Of a DNA stretch of 64,000 nt, positions 12,941-23,548 are shown piece by piece. The stretch's first letter is position 1; each line of letters opens with the position of its first letter. Location: NCBI GenBank assembly GCA_964035575.1, contig OZ037841.1, positions 620,001 through 684,000 on the forward strand, read 5' to 3'. Made by a program: the position numbers and the translations under genes. This stretch comes from Rhynchopus sp. YZ270_cl-10. Lineage: Eukaryota. The notes under the pieces were generated by a model that worked only from the letters and a program-made list of their open reading frames with translations, did not search any database and had not been told where the DNA came from.

Positions 12941-13380
12941 ACAAAAAAAAAAAAAAAGGAGGAATACCTGAAAAATGGGTGTGGTAACATAGATGAACCC
13001 AAGACTCTCGAGATTAATCAATATCAGAAGTAGTAAAAAAAGAGAAGTTTAAAGTGCAAAATGCCTCACAAAAAAAAGAGGGGGAAAAAAAAAAATAGAA
13101 AAATAAAGCTCTAACAAGATGATGTAAGCCTCACGGTTATCGCCTTCTAAGCTTCTTCCTATTTGACAGAGAAAAGGGGGGGATTGTTAGACGCACCAAA
13201 GCTTCTTGTGCTTAGTCATCTTGAAAAAAAAATGTGATTTGGTATGCAAAGCCCGTAAAGGGTGCAAAGAATGCTGGAGGGGTGTGGAACTCGAACTGTG
13301 CTGACCCTACCTTTCATTTCGAGGTTTGGTTCTGAAATGTAAAATAAGATTAGTTTTTTTTTGAAAATATGCACCTCTTG

Positions 13381-13467
13381 CACTTGATTTTTTACCCCGC
13401 GTATAGGCGCGTACAGGCCACGTAGCAGGCACGTATACAGTCCTGTACGCGGGGTAAAAATCAGGTG
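13381..13467. repeat. Short palindromic element (mini-MITE-like)
   Basis: CACTTGATTTTTTACCCCGCGTATAGG ... CCTGTACGCGGGGTAAAAATCAGGTG; TSD ambiguous. Confidence 0.6.
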
Positions 13468-14118
13468 GCTCTTGCACACAAATCTAAAAGAGAGAGAGGG
13501 GGAAATAAGTTTTGAAAGTGCAAACGCCTCACCGTACATCGGCAGACAGAAGGTACTAATAATACCACACTACTTTGCAAAACAACACATCCTTTGAGTA
13601 ACTGCGTGGGTGAGCCTCTATCCACTAGGATATGGCTGCCGTCCCTGCTGCTCAAGGGGAGAAAAGGGGGAAAGCACTCGAAAGATGGAAGGGCTCCGTG
13701 GACAAAACAAAAACAAAAAGCTTCAAAGATGAATATGCCCTTTGTGCATAAATCTTTCAGACAACAGAGACGTTGAAAGTAACACTAGTAGAAGCTAGTG
13801 AACACAATAAACACCTTACCGAACTCCGGCAGACGACAGGCAAATGAAACAAAGACTTCCGCGCCTTCTACTCTCTCCATGTCAGTCCTCGGGAGTTTGA
13901 GAGAGGCAAAAAAAGGGTTTATGGTGTGGCTGAATGGGGGGGTGCAAAAAGTGCGCAAGAAGTGCGAATCACCCCCCTTCAGCCACACCAGTTTAGTAAA
14001 TGAAGGAGGGATGTGCGTCAACTGACGCTTTGAAGATGGAACAGAAATTTGAGAGAAAACCCCTTTTGTTAGAGATTCGGCCATTTTTTTTGTTTTGAGT
14101 TTTTTGGTTTATTCAATA

Positions 14119-14776
14119 CCGGCCGCGTACATATTACGTCGCGTACTAATTAAGTCGGTTAGGGCAAATGCCGACTTAATTAGTACGCGACGTAATAAGT
14201 GTGCGACGTAATTAATTTTTTGAAGAAAAACAAAATCTACGGACAAGGTGAGTGGGAAGGATGTCTGGCATTTCTCTTGGTGTTGGCGTGTTGGCCCTCG
14301 GCCCTTTACAAGGTTACATTGGGAAGAGATTGCAACATGCAAACAAAAGTTTTTTAAAAATGTTTGTTGAAATATGAACGAATGGCTCAAATTGCGGATT
14401 TGAGGAACTCCATTGGCACTTCCCACTCCTCTTGCGCATGTGGAGGTACTAGACGCACTGTGGCAGAGTTCTCACCGATTTCTTCCACCTTACCCTGTGC
14501 CGTCTACACGCGCCGCGTGTTGGGTTTGTTCTCCTCCTCGTTCACACGATCTGCGATGACTTCGGGATTGTGTGGGTTTGGTGGTATCCCCCCAGTGATG
14601 TGCCCACACCAGCTGTGTTCCAACATGATTACTCCCACTTTTTTTTTCACCTTACGGTGTGTACTAATTACGTCGCTTTTTGGGGGCCCGCGGGCCCCCA
14701 AAAAGCGACTTAATTAGTACGCGACGTAATAAGTACCCCCCGTAATAAATACGCGACGTAATATGTACGCGGCCGG
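14119..14776. mobile_element. Tc1/mariner/pogo-like MITE
   Basis: 27-bp perfect TIR CCGGCCGCGTACATATTACGTCGCGTA; TA on both flanks; subterminal repeats CGACTTAATTAGTACGCGACGTAATAAGT. Confidence 0.9.
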
Positions 14777-15062
14777 TAAGGGGGGAGGGACACTCGCAAA
14801 AAAGTCAAAAAGAAAATACTGGCAACTGACTGCCTATTGTGGAAAGGAGGAAAAAGAGAAATCCGCAATAGAACGTGCCTCTCTCGTACACAGACATCTA
14901 AATAAATAGAATGATGATAAACCCCACTTAGTCACCTTTGGTTTGAAGGTGCGAATACACTTCTCCGGACACTGACACCAAAGCTTAATAACATGGAGTG
15001 GTGGCGGTTCTGGCTTCTAAAGAGCAAAAAAAAAAAGCAAAAAAAAAAATTATAAGATGGGC

Positions 15063-16015
15063 CAGGGGTCGCGCTAACTTGCTACCGACTACCGTAGATT
15101 TTTGGCGATTTTGCTCGGTACGTTTTTTTTTTTTGCAAACCGGGGTTTCCTTACTAAAACCGGAGAAACTCATATTTCATAGTAAAGGTACCATAGCGTG
15201 TTTTTGCACACACATGTGACCCCACCGTGGAGAGCAATCGGCTCGCGCAATCAAAAGAAAGCAGAAAAAAAGGGAAAAGAAAAAAAGACAAAAGTTGGGT
15301 ACCGTGCGCCTGCGGCGCTACCTATTGTCCTTAGTCAAGAACACCACACTTTCATCTGAAGCTGGGTTTTCAGACTTGAAAATGACCACCGAAAAGTGCA
15401 CAGGAATAAAAAATGGTGAAAACTTAAATACCGAAAACTCGTCCATTTTTCTAAAATGACCCCATCACTTTCTGCAATTGCACCGCATCGGACGATGCGA
15501 TCAACAAAAACGCCCAAAACGCCTCCCCTTTTTCGTGATCTGGGAACATGCTTGCAGGGGTTTCCTTACTAAAACCAGAGAATCGCATATTTCATAGTAA
15601 GGGTACTTTAGAGTGTTTTTGCACACACATGTGACCCCACCGTGGAGAGCAATCGGCTCGCGCAATCAAAAGAAAGCAGAGAAAAGGGGAAAAGAAAAAG
15701 ACAAAAGTTGGGTACCGTGCGCCTGCGGCGCTACCTATTGTCCTTAGTCAAGAACACCACAATTTCATCTGAAGTTGGGTTTTCAGACCTGAAAATGACC
15801 CTTGTTTAAGAGTACGGGTTCATATTTTGTGAAAATTTAAGTCACTAAAATTTTGTCCATTTTTCCGTATATCCCCCACCACAGCCCGGGATTGGCTCGG
15901 AAATGCCACAAAACACTGTTTTTTCACCCCGTAGTGCACAGCTGTTTCAGGTACGTTTGTTGGTACCGTTTTTCCATTTTTTCGCCGATTTTCCCCAAAA
16001 TTAGCGCGACCCCTG
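15063..16015. mobile_element. Non-autonomous hAT-like element (MITE)
   Basis: TIR CAGGGGTCGCGCTAA; 8-bp TSD AGATGGGC at 15055-15062 and 16016-16023; near-identical copy at 33319-34273. Confidence 0.95.
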
Positions 16016-16295
16016 AGATGGGCATAAGCCTGTCTTAGCCGCCTTACAAAAAGAAAGTGAAGTTGATTAAAAAAAAACAGAGTATCTGACGCAAAATGTA
16101 GAGGGGAAAAAACATGGCATTGTGTACCATCTTTTCCCAGGATCACGATGATCAAGGTGCGGGTTTGTAACATGGTTTGTTGGTTCTTCGTAGGGATGGA
16201 AACAACGTTGGAGAGGTCTGGTACCAACTGCACGTAGACAACGAAGTACACGTAACGGCGTGGAGCATCCCAACCCTGTGGCTCGAAATCCCCAC

Positions 16296-18179
16296 CTACC
16301 TGCCCATCATGTTGTCACGTATCGACCCAGGGTCTGGGTCTGGGTAGGGAGGAGACATCGACATCTGTGGGGAGCTGTTCCCCCCCGTCCTGTGGTGTGG
16401 TGAGTGAGTGAGTGAGTGGTGTGCAAAAAACTTAGTTTGTGTATTTGAAAGCAAATGTATGGGTACTTCCAAAGGGCGAAATACTGTCTCATTGCGTTGG
16501 GTGGTATTGTGTGTTTCAAAACAAAAATACATTTGTAAGATGCACCTAAGCCACGTCTCTCGTTTAGACACCTTTCACAAAACATCGGTGTTCATTAGAA
16601 AAGCTGACCACGCCTTATCACAGTCACTTGACTGCAGTTTTTTTTTTTTTTTTTTTTGGTTTCGGTGGTAAATTACACGAATACATGCTGTTAGCTAATT
16701 CCGGAAATTTTCCGGGAAAATTCCGACATCCGCAAATTTTTGCAAGCCTCCCACATACCTCAATCTGTTCTCTGCCATCTGCTGCATCAACTCTAGCGCA
16801 GACGATGCTGTAGGCGGGTGGTGTCTTATGCCGAGCCCGTCTGTGGGGCCTCCCATGGGCGAGGAACCCATGTCTGGCACGGGGGAGATGCCGCCGGCAC
16901 GTTTGTAGAGGGGGGCAGCATCGAGAGAGTCGCTGAAGAGGTTGAGCATGCCGCCTGCACCTGTGGGCGAGGAGGGGAAGACGGAGGAAGGGGAGACGGG
17001 GTTCGAGAAGACGTCCTCCTTGCGCAGTGCTGCTGGGGTGGATGCTGCGGGTGGGAACGCTGCCGCTGTGGGCAGCACACCGCTGCCCTGCCTGTCGTGC
17101 CGCAACGCCTCGACCACAGCACGCAGCGACGGCAGCGGGCTGCTTGGGTTCCCCGACCCAGCAAACATCGCCGGTGGCCACTGCCCCGCTGGGTCTACCG
17201 GCGGCTGTGCAGCTGGCGCCGGACGCTGCAGGATAGGATGCACATACTCCGATCCTCCCACCCAAGGTGGAACAGGCGTCTGTCTAGTGTTCGCCTGTAC
17301 CACCCCATTCACAGCAAGCACGCTAGGCTGTGCTGGTCCCATCCGCGGGCTGGAATGCACAGACTGCGGCGCAGAGGGTGGTGCAGACCCAGGCAGCGAT
17401 CCTGCAAAGGAAGCGTCCATCCCGTCACGCCAGCGGCACGCACGGCGTGGTGACGTCGACAACACTGGGGCAACGGCTTCCTGTGGGCTGCCTGGGGCGG
17501 TTTGGGGGGCGACACCCGCTTGCGGGGCGAAGTGGTAGCGCAGGCGGTCCAACTGTGTGAAGGATTGTCGCTGTGGCGAGCGGGGGAGCTGGACAGGGGG
17601 GCCTATGGGGTATGCTCGTAGCGGTGGCTGCGTAGGTGGGTGGCGGGGGTGGTGATGGTGGTGGTGGTGATGGTGCTGCTGGGGTGCCTCTGCCACTGCA
17701 ACCACACGCTCCAGTACAGGTGGCTCTTCGCGCGCCCGCCGCAGCAGCTGTGCCATGCTCCCCTCAATCTCCTCGATGTTCCGCGTCAACGTCTTTTGCT
17801 TCGCATCACGCTGCTGCGTGCTCTGCTCCACATCTACACGAAGCTTGTGGATCTCATCCAACAGAGCGCGCTCTGTTCTTTCAATCACAGGAAACGCACT
17901 GGTTTGAGGGCCAGGTGGTAAAGAGTAGCCAGGCAGACCTGGGTGCGCAGCCTGCACACCTTGCACATCGAAGTGCACCATATGTGGGTCGTGCGCAGGC
18001 ATGATGCCAGGCCCACCCGGATGCACACCACGTGCGTTGAGCGTTCTTCGGGGTGACTGCTGCTTGAGCACCTCATGAGAGTCTTGCACGTCTCGTCGCG
18101 TGTGACCCTCGCGTGCGTACTGTGCCCATACTGCGTCATGTGTGACCCCAGGCACGGCGTGTCGTAGAGGAGGGGTCAT
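16296..18179 (-). CDS. Pro/His-rich hypothetical protein with a coiled-coil segment; two exons, complement(join(16296..16389,16759..18179)), about 504 aa
   Basis: Long GC-rich ORF; first ATG follows a C-rich pyrimidine tract and CAG; phase-compatible GT-AG intron. Confidence 0.65.
16390..16758 (-). other. Predicted canonical spliceosomal intron
   Basis: Donor AG|GTATGT, AT-rich interior, (CTCA)n then CACCACAG|G acceptor; phase 2 on both sides. Confidence 0.7.
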
Positions 18180-18302
18180 GTGATGCCCCCTCACGCCTGC
18201 AGGGTGAACGAGGCCTGCAAGGTTGGGTGTGGGGTTGTGGAGGGCGGAGAGGGGGAAGTGGTAGGGAGGTAGGTGGGTGGGAGGGGGCAAGGGGGGTAGC
18301 GT

Positions 18303-18377
18303 TCAGTAGACCATCGTGAAACGTATCCGGTTATAATCAGTGTCGATCAGCGAGCTGGGATTATGATTTGTCATCAT
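18303..18377 (-). ncRNA. Box C/D snoRNA species A, copy 1 (dual LSU rRNA guide)
   Basis: C ATGATGA, D' CTGA, C' TGATTA, D CTGA; guides ATCCCAGCTCG and TTTCACGATGGTCTA complementary to conserved LSU GAGCUGGG and UAGACCGUCGUGAGA. Confidence 0.9.
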
Positions 18378-18439
18378 GTTCTTGGCAGGACAATGTTGAG
18401 AGAGAGAGGGAAGAAGGGCAAAAGGAAGGCGGGAAGAAT

Positions 18440-18521
18440 TCAGCAAATAAGAAATTGGTGTTGACTTTAAGCGTATAATCCTCTGGTGTATCATATTGAC
18501 GTGCAAATGTTTGGTCATCAT
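18440..18521 (-). ncRNA. Box C/D snoRNA species B, copy 1
   Basis: C ATGATGA, guide ATTTGCACGTCA complementary to conserved LSU UGACGUGCAAAU, D'-like ATGA, C'-like GGATTA, D CTGA. Confidence 0.85.
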
Positions 18522-18942
18522 TATCTATTTGACAGCACCCTTTACTGGGTGGACAAAGCGTGGGAAGAGAAGGCTGTGAGGACACTACACAGACACATGC
18601 GTGTGTGGATTGTGGAGCAGAAGGGCAAAGCGAAGATGTAACAAAGAACAACATCAAATGGGTGGGTGGTCGTTTGTTTGGTGAGATCATTTACATCTAA
18701 ACTGCAAAATAAATCAAAAGAAAAAAGAAAGAAAACAGAAAACTTGAAACCTGAAAAGATGAATGAACATCACACACATCTCAAGAATAAAACATGAGTA
18801 CAACGTGTCAACACGGGTGGCACCAGAACTCTCAAAAACAAAGGAAAAAGAGTAAAAGAGTAAAAGAGAAAGACAACACATTGTTTTTATCTAAAGCCTT
18901 GTGTCTCCTGCAAGGCATCTGGGTTGGTCCACAGCAGTGCAC

Positions 18943-19221
18943 TTACTTTCCAGGGAACTGTGCGTTCTTCTGCTGCTCAAGCAGCTCCTGGAACTTCTGC
19001 TTGAAGTGCGCAGAGTGGTCACGCATCTTCTTGTTGAACTTGTCGGTGTGCTCCTTGATCATCTTCTCGAACTTGTCGTAGTGCTCCTTCATCTCGGGGG
19101 AGAGCGTGCTCTCGTCGGGCTTGTCCGCGAAGAACTTCTTGTTCTGCTCCTCCATCTTCTTGCCGAACTCAGCATCGAGACGGTCAAGCTTGTCAGAGAA
19201 CTCCTGGTAGGTGGTGCACAT
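18943..19221 (-). CDS. KMP-11: Kinetoplastid membrane protein 11, copy 1 (92 aa)
   Basis: MCTTYQEFSDKLDRLDAEFGKKMEEQNKKFFADKPDESTLSPEMKEHY...QQKNAQFPGK is recognisably KMP-11 in sequence and length. Confidence 0.97.
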   Translation of the reverse strand: MCTTYQEFSDKLDRLDAEFGKKMEEQNKKFFADKPDESTLSPEMKEHYDKFEKMIKEHTDKFNKKMRDHSAHFKQKFQELLEQQKNAQFPGK

Positions 19222-19326
19222 TGTTGCTGTGGTGTTGTGTTGTGTATAAATCTGTTTCGTGAGGGTTGTGAACAAATCATGCACAGAAGACCCAACCCAC
19301 CCAACCATGAAGACAAACAGATGCAT

Positions 19327-19401
19327 TCAGTAGACCATCGTGAAACGTATCCGGTTATAATCAGTGTCGATCAGCGAGCTGGGATTATGATTTGTCATCA
19401 T
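19327..19401 (-). ncRNA. Box C/D snoRNA species A, copy 2
   Basis: Identical core to copy 1; terminal stem ATGCA/TGCAT. Confidence 0.9.
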
Positions 19402-19672
19402 TTGCATGCAGGGCTTGGCCTCAGGGTTTCGATGCTGTCTTGAGACATGAGGGCAATAGGGGCAGGGTGAGGGGATAACGTTATTTGTATTGTGTATGTC
19501 ACAAAGCAAAAGTCAACCAATGCAAACAAAAAAGAAAACGTTTATAAGATGAACCTAAGCCTCTCCTGCTTAGTCACGTGGATCACACCCGCAACAAAAT
19601 AAAACTGGGCAAGAAAAGCAGGCAAGTTCTTTTCCAGCAACCACAAGATGCAGATCGCAGAACCCTGCCGAC

Positions 19673-21391
19673 CTAGGCAACTGTACATGTATCGGACGAG
19701 CAGCTGCTGGGCACGCTGTTCGATACAAGACTGTTCCGTCCAGGCACCTTAGTAATTTTGCATTGGCAGTTGGAAAGAAAGTCGCTACCAACCTGCGTGA
19801 CATTTGACAATGGTGTCAAGTCTAATTTCTTCAACGCTGTGCATTCGGAAAGAAAGTAATGACCAACGTGAGTCACGTTTGTCAAAGGCAACAAACGTAG
19901 TTTTTTCAAAGCTGTGCAACGGGATAAGAAGCTGTCCTCTATCCGTGTCACATTTGATAATGGTGTCAGGTCCAGTTTTTTCAAAGCCGTGCAATAGTAT
20001 AGGAAGAAGCTCCCCACAGCTGTGACGCTTGACAATCCTGACAAGTCTAATGTGCTAAATGTGCAGTCAGAAAGAAAATAAGCACCAACGCGTGTAACAT
20101 TTGACAATGGTGTTAAGTCAAGAGTGTCCAAAGCTGTGCAGTGGGAAAGAAAATCGCCCCCAATCTGGGTGACATTTGACAATCCTGACAAGTCTATAGT
20201 GCACAAAGCTGTGCAGTAAGATAGGAAGCCATGCGCTATCTCCGTTACATTTGACAACCCCGACAAGTCGACTTCTGTCAATGCTTTGCAGTCGGATAGA
20301 AAACACGACGCAATAAGCGTGACGCTTGGCAGGTGCAATGGCAGGACAAATGTTTGTAAAGATGTGCACTTATAAAAAAACCCATTCGCACTATGGGAGA
20401 GACTTGATAATGACAAATGAACTCTTGTCAAATGTCGACAGTAGCAGACGAAGTTCTTGCCCACTCTGGTGACATTCGTGAGTCCTAACAAATTGAGACT
20501 TGTCAACGCTGGACAGCGGTTGAGAAAATCGTCCCCTATCTGCGTGACACACGACAGTCCTGATAAATCAAGGTTTCCTAACGACCCGCAGTCAGAAAGG
20601 AAGTTGTGCCCAATGGTCACAACACCAAAAAACGATGCATCAACTCTTTTCAGTCGTCCGCATTTAGAGAGAAACCTGTCGCCGACTTGCTTGACACTCG
20701 CCAGTCCCGACACATCAATGCTCCGCAACCCTGCGCAGCCGTACAAGAAGCGGCGTCCAATCCGTGTGACATTGGCTAATGGCGCCAAGTCCACCGTCGT
20801 CAGTGCGTTGCATTGGTAAAGGCAATCGTCCCCGATGTGCGTGACGTTGGTCAACCCTGAGAGGTCCAGCCTTGACAACACCTTGCAGGAGGCAAGGAAG
20901 CGGTGGCCCAGCCGCGTCACACTAGTCAACCCTGACAAGTCAACAGACACCAATGCTCCGCACGCGGAGAGGAAGGCATCGCCAACTGCACTGACAGCCA
21001 GCACCTCACTAAGATGAAAGCTCGTCAGCGTTGCTTGTGACAAGAGGTGGTTCGGAATCTCAGTTGCAACCTCCGCCTGCAGAAGCAAAGAAGCCACCTC
21101 AGGAGTGCGCACAGCCGCCAACCCCTCTGCAGAAAGGTCGGTCTCACCCAGCTCATGAAGTGCTGCAAGTGCATCGAATTTCCTCGTTTTTGTCAAAATA
21201 ATTGTGTCCCCAGCACTCAGCCGTGTCATGTCTCCTTCCCCCAGCACTTCCTCTCCGAACGTCATGTGAAAGCGGTCTTCGCACAACCCCACCGCAGACG
21301 CCACCTTCTGCCGCACACCCTCAGTTGTGTCGCCCTCACCCACCTCGACTACGTACTTCGCATTTCCAAAGGCCTCCACAACCAGCTCCAT
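19673..21391 (-). CDS. BspA/TpLRR-type leucine-rich repeat protein with N-terminal ubiquitin-like domain and C-terminal CaaX (572 aa)
   Basis: Many ~23-aa repeats LDLSGLxNVTxIGxxFLxxCxxL; N-terminal ~70 aa with UBL-like pattern; ends CTVA. Confidence 0.88.
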   Translation of the reverse strand: MELVVEAFGNAKYVVEVGEGDTTEGVRQKVASAVGLCEDRFHMTFGEEVLGEGDMTRLSAGDTIILTKTRKFDALAALHELGETDLSAEGLAAVRTPEVASLLLQAEVATEIPNHLLSQATLTSFHLSEVLAVSAVGDAFLSACGALVSVDLSGLTSVTRLGHRFLASCKVLSRLDLSGLTNVTHIGDDCLYQCNALTTVDLAPLANVTRIGRRFLYGCAGLRSIDVSGLASVKQVGDRFLSKCGRLKRVDASFFGVVTIGHNFLSDCGSLGNLDLSGLSCVTQIGDDFLNRCPALTSLNLLGLTNVTRVGKNFVCYCRHLTRVHLSLSSLSHSANGFFYKCTSLQTFVLPLHLPSVTLIASCFLSDCKALTEVDLSGLSNVTEIAHGFLSYCTALCTIDLSGLSNVTQIGGDFLSHCTALDTLDLTPLSNVTRVGAYFLSDCTFSTLDLSGLSSVTAVGSFFLYYCTALKKLDLTPLSNVTRIEDSFLSRCTALKKLRLLPLTNVTHVGHYFLSECTALKKLDLTPLSNVTQVGSDFLSNCQCKITKVPGRNSLVSNSVPSSCSSDTCTVA

Positions 21392-21512
21392 GTTCTGTGT
21401 CTCTGTTTGTGTTGTGGTGTTGTGGGTGGGACAAGAGAGCCACAGACTGAACACCTCTGAGCTGCCACACAGAAGACCCAACCCACCCAACCATAAAGAC
21501 AAACAGATGCAT

Positions 21513-21587
21513 TCAGTAGACCATCGTGAAACGTATCCGGTTATAATCAGTGTCGATCAGCGAGCTGGGATTATGATTTGTCATCAT
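21513..21587 (-). ncRNA. Box C/D snoRNA species A, copy 3
   Basis: Identical core to copy 1. Confidence 0.9.
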
Positions 21588-21645
21588 GTTCTTGGCAGGA
21601 CAATGTTGAGAGAGGAAAGAAGGGCCAAACGAAGGCGGGAAGAAT

Positions 21646-21727
21646 TCAGCAAATAAGAAATTGGTGTTGACTTTAAGCGTATAATCCTCTGGTGTATCAT
21701 ATTGACGTGCAAATGTTTGGTCATCAT
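21646..21727 (-). ncRNA. Box C/D snoRNA species B, copy 2
   Basis: Identical core to copy 1 while the flanking spacer has diverged. Confidence 0.85.
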
Positions 21728-22542
21728 TATCTATTGGACAGCACCCTTTACTGGGTGGACAAAGGGCGGGAATCATACGATGTGGACTCTAAGAGTGCCG
21801 ATCGACACGCCCTACTTCACGGCAAGGACGCACTACTGCTCCCATTCACTCCTCTGTGACGACCCGCAGGTGAAGCTGTCTCACACCGCGAACACGAAGA
21901 CTCCCTTCAGGAGCAGCATCTGCTACAAACTCCCGCAAAACGGAAAAATTGAACACAACGCTGGACGAAGACTTCCAGACATTGACAGACAGACAGACAG
22001 TGAGAACAACGTGTTTGAAGAAATGGTATCTCGCTTCCAGGAGATGATCAGTGTCATGCAGAAGCACGGAAGCACAGAAGCACGGCCGTGATGTGACCAA
22101 GCGAGACGAGATATTCTGTTGACAAAAACAAGTCAACACGCCAGCAAGATTCTACCAGTTTTGTTTGGTGCGCTGTTACCGAACAGTTGTTAATAGGCTA
22201 GTTGACGTCACGGACATTTGGGTTTGGGAGGGTTTGAGAGGATTTGGGCAGATTTGGGGGGGTTTGAGAGGGTTAGTAAGGGTAGGGCAGGGTATGGCAG
22301 GGTATGGCAGGGTTTGGCATAGTATGGCACGGTTTGGCAGGGTATGGCACGGTATGGCAGGGTATGGCAGGGTATGACACGGTTTGGCAGGGTATGGCAC
22401 GGTTTGGCACGGTTTGGCAGGGTATGGCACGGTATGGCACGGTTTGGCATGGGTGTGGCAGGGTGTGGCACGGTTTGGCACGGGTATGGCGCAGTGTGGC
22501 ACGGTATGGCAGGGTGTGGCACAGTGTGGCACGGGTAGCCAT

Positions 22543-23015
22543 TACCCAGTACCCAGTACCCAGTACCCAGTACCCAGTACCCAGTACCCAGTACCCAGTA
22601 CCCAGTACCCAGTACCCAGTACCCAGTACCCAGTACCCAGTACCCAGTACCCAGTACCCAGTACCCAGTACCCAGTACCCAGTACCCAGTACCCAGTACC
22701 CAGTACCCAGTACCCAGTACCCAGTACCCAGTACCCAGTACCCAGTACCCAGTACCCAGTACCCAGTACCCAGTACCCAGTACCCAGTACCCAGTACCCA
22801 GTACCCAGTACCCAGTACCCAGTACCCAGTACCCAGTACCCAGTACCCAGTACCCAGTACCCAGTACCCAGTACCCAGTACCCAGTACCCAGTACCCAGT
22901 ACCCAGTACCCAGTACCCAGTACCCAGTACCCAGTACCCAGTACCCAGTACCCAGTACCCAGTACCCAGTACCCAGTACCCAGTACCCAGTACCCAGTAC
23001 TCAGTACCCAGTACC
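22543..23015. repeat. (TACCCAG)n 7-bp tandem array
   Basis: About 67 near-perfect units. Confidence 0.97.
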
Positions 23016-23263
23016 GGGAGGGTATGGCATGGTATGGCAGGGTATTGAAAAAGTTTGTTTCAATGGTGTGGCGCCTTAACCGATTCCGCGTGTTTCTACC
23101 GGTTGTCGCTCCGTAAAGGGGGGTTCCAGATGTTGGAAATTTTTTTTTTTGTTTTCGTTGGTGAAGCTTTTAAACGGCGGTATTTGCATTTCCGGAATCC
23201 GTCCGACCAGTGGTGGGGTCAATTTGCCGAAATGCACAAGTTCTCGTTTTTGGTCAATTTCCG

Positions 23264-23412
23264 CAGTATACACAGTATACACAGTATACACAGTATACAC
23301 AGTATACACAGTATACACAGTATACACAGTATACACAGTATACACAGTATACACAGTATACACAGTATACACAGTGTACACAGTATACACAGTATACACA
23401 GTATACACAGTA
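23264..23412. repeat. (CAGTATACA)n 9-bp array, same unit as 3687-4165
   Basis: Directly visible. Confidence 0.95.
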
Positions 23413-23472
23413 CAGTACAGCTGGCCATTGAAAAGAAATGGTATGGCAGGGTTTGGCACGGTATGGCACGGG

Positions 23473-23548
23473 TAGCCATTAGCCATTAGCCATTAGCCAT
23501 TAGCCATTAGCCATTAGCCATTAGCCATTAGCCATTAGCCATTAGCCA
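23473..23548. repeat. (TAGCCAT)n 7-bp array
   Basis: Directly visible, about 10 units. Confidence 0.95.

Noticed and set aside
18180..18290. TTG-initiated Pro-rich N-terminus of the 531-aa ORF
   Set aside because: Better explained as a C-rich pyrimidine tract and acceptor before the first ATG
18522..18562. Hairpin plus AGA upstream of snoRNA B as an H/ACA-like RNA
   Set aside because: Too short; pocket-to-AGA spacing is about 9 nt instead of 14-16
19222..19326. N-terminal extensions of KMP-11 ORFs (also 31127-31348)
   Set aside because: KMP-11 is 92 aa; extensions differ between copies and cross a likely splice acceptor
22543..23548. 7-bp arrays as interstitial telomeric repeats
   Set aside because: Units do not match TTAGGG and lie inside a TIR element
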